A stretch of 64,000 nucleotides of DNA from positions 2,376-66,375 of the forward strand of contig JBGRQE010000010.1 in assembly GCA_041725955.1 (NCBI GenBank), given 5' to 3'. A program made the position numbers and the translations under genes. Shown here in pieces: positions 41,605-50,662 of this stretch. The stretch is from Bacteroidales bacterium. Lineage in GTDB: Bacteria; Bacteroidota; Bacteroidia; Bacteroidales; JBGRPZ01. The notes under the pieces are model-generated. The model saw only the letters and a program-made list of their open reading frames with translations, searched no databases and was not told the origin of the DNA. Within the stretch, counting starts at the first letter, position 1, and the number at the start of each line of letters is the position of its first letter.

Positions 41605-41675
41605 TCGGTATTCGAGATTCGGGATTTGTGGTTCGAAATCTGAAAAGCTAAACCCGAATCCCAAACCACAAAATA
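41605..41675. repeat. Inverted heptamer-like array
   Basis: gattcggg/cccgaatc (8 bp) and tttgtggtt/aaccacaaa (9 bp) complementary pairs. Confidence 0.5.
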
Positions 41676-41727
41676 AAACCAAGATGTTATCGTATCTTTA
41701 AATATGCCAAATTAAAAAGGAAGAAAC

Positions 41728-42081
41728 TTGAAGTCGAAGATATTATTATTTATAGGGATTGTGTTACTGATTGCAGGTATATTCATAAAGAGATACACTG
41801 ATTTAGATGTATTTGCAATAATCCTTATTGCTTTGGGAGCAGCAAATAAGCTTGCTTTTATAATAAGAAGAAAGTTTGAGCGTAGATATCGGCCAGGTTA
41901 CGAATTACTTATTTTAGCTTTTGGTTTGGCCATATTCTTTTCCAGCGACTATATTAATCATCCATTTGTTCAGGAACAGAAAACGATTTTCCGATTTATA
42001 GGTATAGTTTTGAAGATTACCTTTATTGGCTTGATTATTTATAAAAACAGAGAGATAAAAAAAACACCTAACAAGCAGTGA
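41728..42081 (+). CDS. Small four-TM membrane protein
   Basis: Four hydrophobic helices with a central YRPGYELL linker. Confidence 0.65.
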   Translation: MKSKILLFIGIVLLIAGIFIKRYTDLDVFAIILIALGAANKLAFIIRRKFERRYRPGYELLILAFGLAIFFSSDYINHPFVQEQKTIFRFIGIVLKITFIGLIIYKNREIKKTPNKQ

Positions 42082-42100
42082 GCTTATTAGGTGTTTTTTT
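42058..42100. terminator. Bidirectional terminator
   Basis: aaaaaaacacctaa / ttaggtgttttttt stem between convergent genes. Confidence 0.7.
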
Positions 42101-42131
42101 ATATGATTCAATTAGGATTGATTACCCAATC

Positions 42132-45100
42132 TTATTTTCCTTGCAACATTTCCCAATAGTTATAAAGACCGTCGTTTAGACGTTTTTCTTTTTCTTCAGG
42201 ACTTAATTTCAACCAGCGTTCACGAGCTTCTTCATGTTTTCTGCGTTCTGCAGCTTCCTTAGCTTCTATTTTCTCATTGAATTCATCTTCAATTTTTCGC
42301 TTAAGGAATCCTTTTGCAACAGCAGGGAACAACTCAAGGAGTAGTTTTTCCTTTTCGTTTTTAGCAAGATGAGCACCACCAAACTCTTCAAAAACAGGAT
42401 TTTCTTGTTCTTTATAGTTTGAGGTATCATACTCACGCTCGTCGCTATGACCGCAGATCAATTCACGGAATTTAGGGTCGATATCTATAGGTGTTTTTCC
42501 ATAGTAACCTTTTACCAAGTTTATAAACTGAGAGGTTTTATTTGAATAGGCTGGTCGGCCATTTTCTAAATCAACTACACAGTTTACCGCTTGTGCACCC
42601 ACTATCTGAGAAGAAGGGGTTACCAATGGAGGGCAACCTGCAGCAACACGAACCTCTGGCACCATTTGAAGTACTCTTCCAAGAAGATGATCGAGTTGTA
42701 ATTGCTTAAGCTGTGCCAACATATTGGTATACATACCACCTGGAATTTCTGCAGCTTTTACTTCTTCATTACCCATAGGGAAATTGAAGTACTTTTCGAT
42801 TTGACTGGTAACATCCAAAAGTTCGTGTTCTTTATCGGCTTTTGCTAATTGAATAGCTCTGTCGAATAGGGCATCAATATCTTTTGGAAGATCTTCCCAT
42901 GTAATATCAAACTCACGAGGGAACATTTTATAACTGTCAAATTCGGCAATATCTTCACGAATTTGGTGAAGCTCTTTGTTGATTTTTACTACTGCATCAA
43001 GATTTACTCCTGTATCCAAACCAAGTTTGTCGGCAAAGATTTGAATAATCTCGAATGAAGGAGCAGCAGCACCACCCGCAAAGTTCATTATATTGGTATC
43101 TACGATATCTACACCATTTATTATAGCCATAATTACAGAGGCTAATCCGTAACCAGGCGTACAGTGAGTGTGGAAATCAATAGGGATACTTAATTCTTTT
43201 TTGAACATGCGTACCAATTTTCCAGACATGCTTGGTGGAATTAATCCTGCCATATCTTTTATGGAAATCATATCTGCACCCAAGGCTTCCATTTGCTTTG
43301 CTTTATCAAGGAAGTATTCTTCGGTGAAGACTTTTTTTGGTAGGCTACGACCTTTAAAGAAAGCCTTAAGTCTTTGTTTGCGTGTAAACTTAGGGTCTAC
43401 AGTATAGCAAACTGCACAGTCTGCAATACCACCAGCTTTCTTTATATATTTGATGGTCGACTTCATATTGTCAACATCGTTCAAGCAATCGAATATTCGC
43501 ATAATGCCAATACCAGACTTTACTGCAAGGGTATTAAACCCTTCAATAACATTTTCTGGATAAGGATTGTATCCGAATAAGTTACGTCCACGAGATAGGG
43601 CAGTTAGCTTAGATACATTTCCGATTTCTTTTTTGATGCTTTCCAATCGATACCATGGATCTTCGTTTAAGTAGCGCATTACTGAGTCAGGAACAGCACC
43701 ACCCCAAACTTCCATAGCATAAAAGTTGGCATCTTTATAAAAAGGAAGTACTTTATCTATATCTTTTTGAGGAACACGGGTAGCAAATAAAGACTGTTGA
43801 CCATCACGAAGGGTAAGGTCACGAATCTTTAGTTTACCATTGAACTTCATCTTTGCTCTGGCTGCTTTTTTCTCTGCTTTTTTCTTTTCGATAAGAATAG
43901 CTTTTTCTTCCTTACGCTTATTATGTAGGAATCCTTTTGCAACAGCAGGGAAAAGCTCGAGCAATAGCTCTTCTTTTTCGTCAGAAGCAAGTTTCTTTCC
44001 GTATTCTTCTAATACCGGATTATCTTGTTTTTTATAATTAGCAGTATCATAATCCTGTGCATCGCGGTGTCCACAAATCTTTTCACGGAAATTTGGATCA
44101 ATATCGATAGGTGTTTTTCCATATTCACCTTTTACCAAATTGTGGAATTGGTTGGAAACATTGGTATACCATGGGCGGTCATTTACTTCATCAACCACAC
44201 AGTTTACTGCTTGCGATCCGACAATCTGAGAAGAAGGAGTTACCAATGGAGGGCAACCAGAATCGAGACGTACTTTGGGTACAGCTTCCAATACACGGCT
44301 AAGTAGATGATCCAGACGTAATTGCTTTAGCTGTGCTAGCATATTGGTGTACATTCCGCCAGGAATTTCAGCTCTTTTTACTTCTTCATTAGGAGCCGCA
44401 AAATTGAAGTACTTCTCAATTTCGTGAACTACAACAAGAAGCTCATCTTCTTCTTTTTGATCTTTTAGCGACTTGGCTAATTCAATAGCACGGTCGAACA
44501 TAGCTTCAACCTTCTTTGGAAGATTTCCTTTTCTAACATCAAATTCAATTGGGAACTGCTTAGATGTATCGAATTCGGATAATTCTTCACGGATGGTTTT
44601 TAGTTCTTGATTGATCTTGTAAACAGCATCAAGGTCGACATCTAAATCGTAACCAAGTTTCTTGGCGAAGATGTAGATTAGTTCGAATGCAGGAGCAGCA
44701 GGGCCGCCAGCAAAGTTCATCATATTGGTATCAACAATGTCGACACCATGAACCAATGCAGTTACATATGCAGCAAGACCATATCCTGGAGTACAGTGGG
44801 TGTGAAAATCAATAGGAACTTTTATTTCCTCTTTTAGGCGTTTGATGATTGCTCCTGCACTTAGCGGAGTAACCAAACCTGCCATATCTTTTAAGGAAAT
44901 CATATCTGCCCCTAAAGCTTCCATTTCCTTGGCTTTGTTCAGGAAGTAGTCTACCGTAAAAATAGGCTCAGGTCCTTCACCTTCAGGAAAAACAGGATCC
45001 ACAGTATAACACACTGCACAATCGGCTAGACCACCAGCTTCTTTGATATATTTGATGGTGGATTTCATATTATCGACGTCGTTCAAACAATCGAAAATAC

Positions 45101-45446
45101 GCATGATTCCTATACCCGATTTTACTGCATTAAAATTAAAACCTTTAATAACGCTCTCTGGATAAGGATTGTAGCCGAAAAGGTTACGCCCTCTTGACAA
45201 AGCAGTTAGATATGATATATCCCCTATTTCTTTCTTTATAGATTCGAGACGATACCAGGGATCTTCACCAAGAAAACGCATTACAGAGTCCGGTACAGCT
45301 CCCCCCCAAACTTCCATTGCGTAAAAATTAGCCTTTTTGTATAGTGGCAAAACGCGTTCAACTTGTTCTTGACGCATTCTTGTTGCAAACATAGACTGTT
45401 GACCATCTCGGAGGCTAAGATCTCTGATTAATAATTTCTTTTTCAT
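42132..45446 (-). CDS. Tandem double carboxyltransferase (OadA/PycB-type HMGL-like + PYC_OADA, two copies) without a biotinyl domain
   Basis: RDGQQS.FATR, MEVWGGA, IS.KDMAG, DFHTHCTPGYG, EIPGGMYTN and PPLVTPSSQIVG each occur twice. No AMKM motif anywhere. Confidence 0.9.
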   Translation of the reverse strand: MKKKLLIRDLSLRDGQQSMFATRMRQEQVERVLPLYKKANFYAMEVWGGAVPDSVMRFLGEDPWYRLESIKKEIGDISYLTALSRGRNLFGYNPYPESVIKGFNFNAVKSGIGIMRIFDCLNDVDNMKSTIKYIKEAGGLADCAVCYTVDPVFPEGEGPEPIFTVDYFLNKAKEMEALGADMISLKDMAGLVTPLSAGAIIKRLKEEIKVPIDFHTHCTPGYGLAAYVTALVHGVDIVDTNMMNFAGGPAAPAFELIYIFAKKLGYDLDVDLDAVYKINQELKTIREELSEFDTSKQFPIEFDVRKGNLPKKVEAMFDRAIELAKSLKDQKEEDELLVVVHEIEKYFNFAAPNEEVKRAEIPGGMYTNMLAQLKQLRLDHLLSRVLEAVPKVRLDSGCPPLVTPSSQIVGSQAVNCVVDEVNDRPWYTNVSNQFHNLVKGEYGKTPIDIDPNFREKICGHRDAQDYDTANYKKQDNPVLEEYGKKLASDEKEELLLELFPAVAKGFLHNKRKEEKAILIEKKKAEKKAARAKMKFNGKLKIRDLTLRDGQQSLFATRVPQKDIDKVLPFYKDANFYAMEVWGGAVPDSVMRYLNEDPWYRLESIKKEIGNVSKLTALSRGRNLFGYNPYPENVIEGFNTLAVKSGIGIMRIFDCLNDVDNMKSTIKYIKKAGGIADCAVCYTVDPKFTRKQRLKAFFKGRSLPKKVFTEEYFLDKAKQMEALGADMISIKDMAGLIPPSMSGKLVRMFKKELSIPIDFHTHCTPGYGLASVIMAIINGVDIVDTNIMNFAGGAAAPSFEIIQIFADKLGLDTGVNLDAVVKINKELHQIREDIAEFDSYKMFPREFDITWEDLPKDIDALFDRAIQLAKADKEHELLDVTSQIEKYFNFPMGNEEVKAAEIPGGMYTNMLAQLKQLQLDHLLGRVLQMVPEVRVAAGCPPLVTPSSQIVGAQAVNCVVDLENGRPAYSNKTSQFINLVKGYYGKTPIDIDPKFRELICGHSDEREYDTSNYKEQENPVFEEFGGAHLAKNEKEKLLLELFPAVAKGFLKRKIEDEFNEKIEAKEAAERRKHEEARERWLKLSPEEKEKRLNDGLYNYWEMLQGK

Positions 45447-45880
45447 GGGTTTGTCGTTATTTTTGGTTCTTCTTGCTACAATAACTGCAATGTTTATTAT
45501 TCATTGTCCTTTACTGTGAAAAATTTAACAATAGAAAACTAACTAACGGAGTTTCAGCTCTTTTTTATTTCTATAAAATATATATCCCACTCTTAATTAT
45601 AATTATAATCCTCTAAATATGTCTTACTATGGCCTCTAAAATATGGATTATTCCAATTATAGAAAGAATTTACTTTGCTAAATTTTAGATGGCACAAAGG
45701 GCAATTATATCTTTCGATCATAAATTGACTTCTTAAAATTTTGTAAAACATCTGATTAATAGGAGTATCGGGTTCTATTAATGGACGTTGAAAACAGTAT
45801 TCTTATTGTTTCTAAATCCATTTTCAATAACTCCGATTTGTTGAAAAAATTATAATTAAGGAAAGGGCTGTTGGTTTGGG

Positions 45881-45924
45881 TTTCGTTGATTTGTGCTTGG
45901 TGTTTCGGATTTCGTTGATTCGTG
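45881..45924. repeat. Two copies of the TTTCGTTGATT(C/T)GTG motif
   Basis: 45881-45895 and 45910-45924; same unit as at 28320-28349. Confidence 0.55.
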
Positions 45925-45961
45925 AATTTCCAAAAATTGTACTTTTACATATATAAACTGA

Positions 45962-46654
45962 ATGCTTATGAAAAATATAGTAGTGCTTAGTGGAGCAGGA
46001 GTGAGTGCAGAAAGTGGGGTAAAAACTTTTCGAGATTCTGGTGGACTATGGGAAAATCATAGAGTAGAAGATGTTGCAACACCCGAAGCTTGGGAACGTA
46101 ATCCGCAATTGGTAAATGAGTTTTATAATCAAAGACGAAAACAGCTCTTTGATGTTGCTCCCAACAAGGGGCATATAGCTTTGGCACGTCTTGAGAATAA
46201 GTATAAGGTTAATGTGGTTACTCAAAATGTTGACGACTTGCATGAACGTGGAGGAAGTAGTGATGTTTTACATCTTCATGGAGAACTCAAGAAGGTTAGA
46301 AGTACTGGAGATGAAAACTTGGTTTATAAGCTTGATGGATGGGAATTGAAATTGGGAGATTTGTGTGAAAAGGGTTTTCAGTTGCGTCCACATATTGTAT
46401 GGTTCGGCGAGGCAGTGCCAAATATTGTTCCTGCTGCTGATATTTGTTCTAATGCCGATATTATGATCGTCGTAGGAACGAGTTTGAATGTTTATCCTGC
46501 TGCAGGATTGGTTGATTACGCTCCAAAACATTGTAAAATATATCTTGTAGACCCAAATACAGATCTAAAACCCAGATATCGTAATTTGGAAATTATTTAT
46601 AAACTTGCCGGAGAGGGATTACCTGATTTGGTGGATCGTTTGATGGAGGAATAA
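45962..46654 (+). CDS. cobB: NAD-dependent protein deacylase (sirtuin)
   Basis: GAGVSAESG.KTFR, TQNVDDLHERGG, HLHG, RPHIVWFGE, GTSLNVYPAA. Confidence 0.93.
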   Translation: MLMKNIVVLSGAGVSAESGVKTFRDSGGLWENHRVEDVATPEAWERNPQLVNEFYNQRRKQLFDVAPNKGHIALARLENKYKVNVVTQNVDDLHERGGSSDVLHLHGELKKVRSTGDENLVYKLDGWELKLGDLCEKGFQLRPHIVWFGEAVPNIVPAADICSNADIMIVVGTSLNVYPAAGLVDYAPKHCKIYLVDPNTDLKPRYRNLEIIYKLAGEGLPDLVDRLMEE

Positions 46655-46685
46655 ATGATGAATTTCATTTTTATTAATCGTAAAT

Positions 46686-46722
46686 AAAAAAGGTGCTGCT
46701 ATGGATTAACAGCACCTTTTTT
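46686..46722. terminator. Bidirectional terminator between cobB and the 39-aa ORF
   Basis: aaaaaaggtgctg / cagcacctttttt stem with T-tracts on both strands. Confidence 0.8.
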
Positions 46723-46738
46723 ACTTAATAGTGTTTAT

Positions 46739-46858
46739 TTAAAATGTACAAGTAAATGAGGTGTTTGAAGATTTTACTGCACTTGTATTTATCGTATTCA
46801 ATTTGGAAACAGTTTCTCTTTTTAAAGAAATTTTGTTCGAAAAAACTTTTAGTTTCAT
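46739..46858 (-). CDS. 39-aa peptide, putative RiPP (lanthipeptide-like) precursor; not in the ORF track
   Basis: Manual translation MKLKVFSNKISLKRETVSKLNTINTSAVKSSNTSFTCTF*. A-rich translation initiation region, downstream terminator and an upstream TATCTTTG box. Confidence 0.6.
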   Translation of the reverse strand: MKLKVFSNKISLKRETVSKLNTINTSAVKSSNTSFTCTF

Positions 46859-47080
46859 AACATTAGTTTTTTTAGGTTTAAGAAAAAAAGTTTGAATATT
46901 ATGAGTGTCTTTAGAGTAGGCTACTCAAATAAAACTCAGTTGGTTGCCACGATTTTTTATTATTATGGAATCAGATTTTGTTGATTTAGTAATAAGATTT
47001 TCTATTCTTAGAGAATAAGATAAAATCATAATCAATATGCTTATAAAACTACTGCTGAAAGAGGCTTATTTTGTTATTTA

Positions 47081-47088
47081 CAAAGATA
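47081..47088 (-). promoter_or_regulatory. -7 promoter box TATCTTTG, candidate promoter for the 39-aa ORF
   Basis: Consensus match on the minus strand, about 220 nt upstream of ATG 46858. Confidence 0.4.
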
Positions 47089-47241
47089 TTTTATGTTAAA
47101 CGACATAAGTTTCAGATTAACTGACTGTTATGTTTTTTATGTAAATCAAAAAAAAGTTCTCTTTTTTGTTAAAAGAGAACTTTTTAAGTACTACACCTAA
47201 CGAATTTTCAATAGGTTAGGTGTAGAGAAATCAATATGCTT

Positions 47242-48618
47242 TTAGATCTTATCCAATTCAACAGTGAAGTGACGTAAGATTGGAGCTTCTTTGGTAATTT
47301 TTAAACCAGTATTGATCTGACCTCTGCGCTCAAATACATTAGCAAGAGTAGCTGCAATATAATCCATATGGTTGTTGGTATATACTCTTCTTGGAATAGC
47401 TAAACGCAATAACTCTAATTCAGGATAACGGTTTTCGCGAGTTACAGGATCACGGTCAGCAAGGATAGATCCAATTTCAACACCACGAATACCTCCTTCT
47501 AGATAAGCTTCTATTGCTAAGGTTTGTGCAATAAAATGCTCTTTTGGTAGCTGAGGTAAGAAACGCTTAGCATCAACAAAGATAGCATGACCTCCAAATG
47601 GATACTGTACAGGTACACCATACTCTTGAAGCTTTTTACCCAAGTACGCAACTTGCTCGATACGAGTTTCAAGATAATCGAACTCAGTACCTTCGTCAAG
47701 ACCTACAGCCAAAGCATTCATGTCACGACCAGACATACCACCATAAGTAATATATCCTTCGAACATAATATTGTAAACAGTAGCTTTTTGATAGGTTTCT
47801 TCATCACGGAAAGCAATGAAACCACCCATATTTACGATAGCATCCTTTTTAGAACTCATGGTCATGCCATCAGCATAAGAATACATTTCTTTCACAATTT
47901 CTTTGATGGTTTTATCTCCATAGCCATGCTCACGTTTTTTGATGAAGTATGCATTTTCAGCAAAACGAGCAGAATCAAAGATAACTCTAACGCCATATTT
48001 CTTAGCAATCTCGCTTACACCGCGGATGTTTTCCATAGATACAGGCTGGCCACCAGAAGTATTACATGTTACAGTAACGATGATACAAGGAACTTTCTCG
48101 ATAGGAGTGTTCTTAAGTGTATCTTCTAGTTTTTCAAGGTTAAGATTACCTTTAAATGGGTGATCGATAGTAGTATCGAAAGCCTCATCGATGGTAACAT
48201 CAACAGCAGAAGCTTTTCTGAACTCGATATGACCTTTGGTAGTGTCAAAGTGAGAGTTACCAGGAACAACATCTCCTTCATTGATCAATACGCTGAAAAG
48301 TACGTTCTCAGCAGCACGACCTTGGTGAGTAGGTAGGAAATAATCAAATCCTAGAATCTCTTTGATCGCATTTTTCATGTTGTAGAAAGACCTTGCTCCA
48401 GCATAGCTTTCGTCACCTGTCATCATAGCAGCCCATTGGCGGTCGCTCATTGCACCAGTACCAGAATCGGTTAAAAGGTCAATAAGAACTTGTTCGCTTT
48501 TTAGGTTGAATAGGTTATACTTAGCTTCTTTAATCCACTGAATACGTTCTTCTTTAGTACTTTTACGAATGGGTTCAACCATCTTGATTTTGTACGCTTC
48601 TACAAAAGGTAATTCCAT
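47242..48618 (-). CDS. tnaA: Tryptophanase
   Basis: DLLTDSGT, THQGR, MSSKKD (PLP Lys). HFDTT, GVEIG and LRHFT are tryptophanase-type residues, versus FTTT, MERG and LRFFT in tyrosine phenol-lyase. Confidence 0.93.
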   Translation of the reverse strand: MELPFVEAYKIKMVEPIRKSTKEERIQWIKEAKYNLFNLKSEQVLIDLLTDSGTGAMSDRQWAAMMTGDESYAGARSFYNMKNAIKEILGFDYFLPTHQGRAAENVLFSVLINEGDVVPGNSHFDTTKGHIEFRKASAVDVTIDEAFDTTIDHPFKGNLNLEKLEDTLKNTPIEKVPCIIVTVTCNTSGGQPVSMENIRGVSEIAKKYGVRVIFDSARFAENAYFIKKREHGYGDKTIKEIVKEMYSYADGMTMSSKKDAIVNMGGFIAFRDEETYQKATVYNIMFEGYITYGGMSGRDMNALAVGLDEGTEFDYLETRIEQVAYLGKKLQEYGVPVQYPFGGHAIFVDAKRFLPQLPKEHFIAQTLAIEAYLEGGIRGVEIGSILADRDPVTRENRYPELELLRLAIPRRVYTNNHMDYIAATLANVFERRGQINTGLKITKEAPILRHFTVELDKI

Positions 48619-48894
48619 GTTAATAAGTCTTTTATGATATTTTATAAATCGTATATGTGCTCCTACTTCTTATTATCGAATGCTGTTTTCTAGTGTATAC
48701 AAAAACAGCCCCCTCTCAAAATAAAGAAGTGTAATATTTCAAAATACAATATTAATTCTGTGAAAATTTGCAGGGAAGGGGGATTCCTATCCTACTATAA
48801 ATAGCAATATGAGTCTCTATCTTTTAGGTTAAGATAGGTAAGCCTTTGTCTAGGGCAAAAAAACAATATGTCTTTTATATTCTCCATCGGGCCT

Positions 48895-48902
48895 CAAATT
48901 TA
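48895..48902 (-). promoter_or_regulatory. -7 promoter box TAAATTTG, candidate tnaA promoter with a ~270-nt leader
   Basis: Consensus match on the minus strand. Confidence 0.45.
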
Positions 48903-49063
48903 TAAAAAAACGCTTTTTCTATACAAGTGATTGTTTTCTTTTTTAAGAAAATTTAAGGAAAAAGGCATATTGTTTGTTTTTTGGGCCCTATTTTGTTTGT
49001 GCGTAATGTGTAATTAGTAGTGCGTAATGCCTTATATATTCATTACGCACTATTAGTATATCA

Positions 49064-50161
49064 TTAAATATATTCTTCTCCTTTTTCCATTTTGATATCT
49101 GTAATAAACTGTCGGATTTGTTCTTCGTCAGATTTTTTACAGACCATCAAAATCTTTCCGTCTTCAACAACGATATAATCATTTAGCCCTTGCAGAACTA
49201 CAAGTTTATCAGAAGGCATATTGATTACACAATTTTTGCTGTTGTAGATCATTACATTTTCTCCGACAATAGCATTATTGTTTTGATCTTTTTCTTGATT
49301 TTCAAACATAGAATCCCATGTTCCTAAGTCGCTCCATCCAAAATCAGATTCAAGGACATATACGTTATCGGCTTTTTCCATAATTCCATAATCAATAGAA
49401 ATACTTTTACATATGGTATAAGCTTGATCTAGGAATTCTTCTTCTTTAGGAGTGTCAAAGGCATTTTTTCCTTCTTTAAATATACCTTCTATTTCGGGAA
49501 GATGTTTCTTGAAGGCTTCTGAAATTGTTTTTAGTGACCAAATAAACATGCCTGAATTCCATAGGAAATCGCCACTTTCAACAAAACTTTTGGCAAGTTC
49601 TATATTTGGCTTTTCAGTAAAAACCTTGACCTTACGAATTTTTGGGTTTTTATTATATCGCTTTTTTAAGTCATACTGAATATATCCATAATTTGTATCA
49701 GGCCGATTGGGACGAATCCCCAAGGTTACTAAAAAGTCGTTTTCGCATGCAGTTTGAATTGCAGATTCTACATTTTCAATAAAGATATCTTCTCTTAGAA
49801 TGATATGGTCTGATGGAGCAACAACAATTACAGCTTCAGGATCACGTGCTTGTATTTTTTGGTTTGCATAAGCAATACAAGGGGCAGTATTTCTTCGGTG
49901 GGGCTCACATAATATTTGTGAAAAATCTAATTCTGGAAGTTGCTCATGACAGAGCGATTTATATATGTCGTTGGTAACGACAAAGATATTTTCTTTAGGG
50001 CAGATTTTTTTTAGTCGCTCAAAAGTTTGTTGAATAAGCGTTGTTCCGGTACCTAGTATATCGATAAATTGTTTAGGATGGTTTAGTTTACTTAGTGGCC
50101 AAAAGCGAGTACCGATACCGCCAGCCATAATAACACAATATAAATGTGATTTCAATTCCAT
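49064..50161 (-). CDS. manC: Mannose-1-phosphate guanylyltransferase
   Basis: IMAGGIGTRFWPLS, EPHRRNTAP, PSDH, FTEKP, WNSGMF, WSDLGTW. Confidence 0.92.
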   Translation of the reverse strand: MELKSHLYCVIMAGGIGTRFWPLSKLNHPKQFIDILGTGTTLIQQTFERLKKICPKENIFVVTNDIYKSLCHEQLPELDFSQILCEPHRRNTAPCIAYANQKIQARDPEAVIVVAPSDHIILREDIFIENVESAIQTACENDFLVTLGIRPNRPDTNYGYIQYDLKKRYNKNPKIRKVKVFTEKPNIELAKSFVESGDFLWNSGMFIWSLKTISEAFKKHLPEIEGIFKEGKNAFDTPKEEEFLDQAYTICKSISIDYGIMEKADNVYVLESDFGWSDLGTWDSMFENQEKDQNNNAIVGENVMIYNSKNCVINMPSDKLVVLQGLNDYIVVEDGKILMVCKKSDEEQIRQFITDIKMEKGEEYI

Positions 50162-50219
50162 GATTTAGAATCTTAAATTTGTTTCAAATATACAAACAAA
50201 ACACTTGAAATTAATGCTT

Positions 50220-50417
50220 CTAGCCTATAGACTTATTTTCGGATTTTAGATAGAAAGTTTTTGACTTGTCTATATTACTCCATTTTGGGCAATCGCATTT
50301 CTTTCTTCTTTTTTTTCTTTTATGGTATGGATATCTTCTTTTATTGCTGACACATGAGTTAACAACAAAAAGCCCCATTAGAGATATACATATTAAAAAT
50401 GAGAGTCTTTTCTTCAT
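50220..50417 (-). CDS. Small basic lipoprotein
   Basis: Signal peptide with lipobox VVNSC, followed by HKRKKRRKKCDCPKW. Confidence 0.65.
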   Translation of the reverse strand: MKKRLSFLICISLMGLFVVNSCVSNKRRYPYHKRKKRRKKCDCPKWSNIDKSKTFYLKSENKSIG

Positions 50418-50662
50418 ATTTCCTCAGTTTAGATATAGGATTGTTTTGGCCTTGCATTTTTCAATTAGGCAAATCTAAGGAAAAACACTGCAAAGTTGTA
50501 AATTGATTTTCAATTAAAATATTTAAAAAATCTTAAGTGCTATTATTTTTGTCCAGGCATAATTTGCTATTGGGTATAGACTCTAATATTTACTCTTCAT
50601 TAAGAACATTGTTGTGGATTTTTCCTCTCAATTGTTAACTTTGTCCATTAAATTTTGACCTC

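Noticed and set aside
45434-45513. Possible short ORF or oadG upstream of the carboxyltransferase
   Set aside because: Only a 15-aa ORF (MNNKHCSYCSKKNQK) is present, and the in-frame upstream extension is closed by a TGA; there is no TM helix.
45545-45557. Shared 13-mer taacggagtttca, also near 28558
   Set aside because: One 13-nt match is expected by chance in 64 kb and no shared structure was seen.
47587-48129. 180-aa antisense ORF within tnaA, and the other nested or antisense ORFs in the track
   Set aside because: They overlap well-supported genes and have no motifs or initiation signals.
47242-48618. Tyrosine phenol-lyase assignment, suggested by the Tyr-containing uORF
   Set aside because: HFDTT, VEIG and LRHFT are tryptophanase-type residues.
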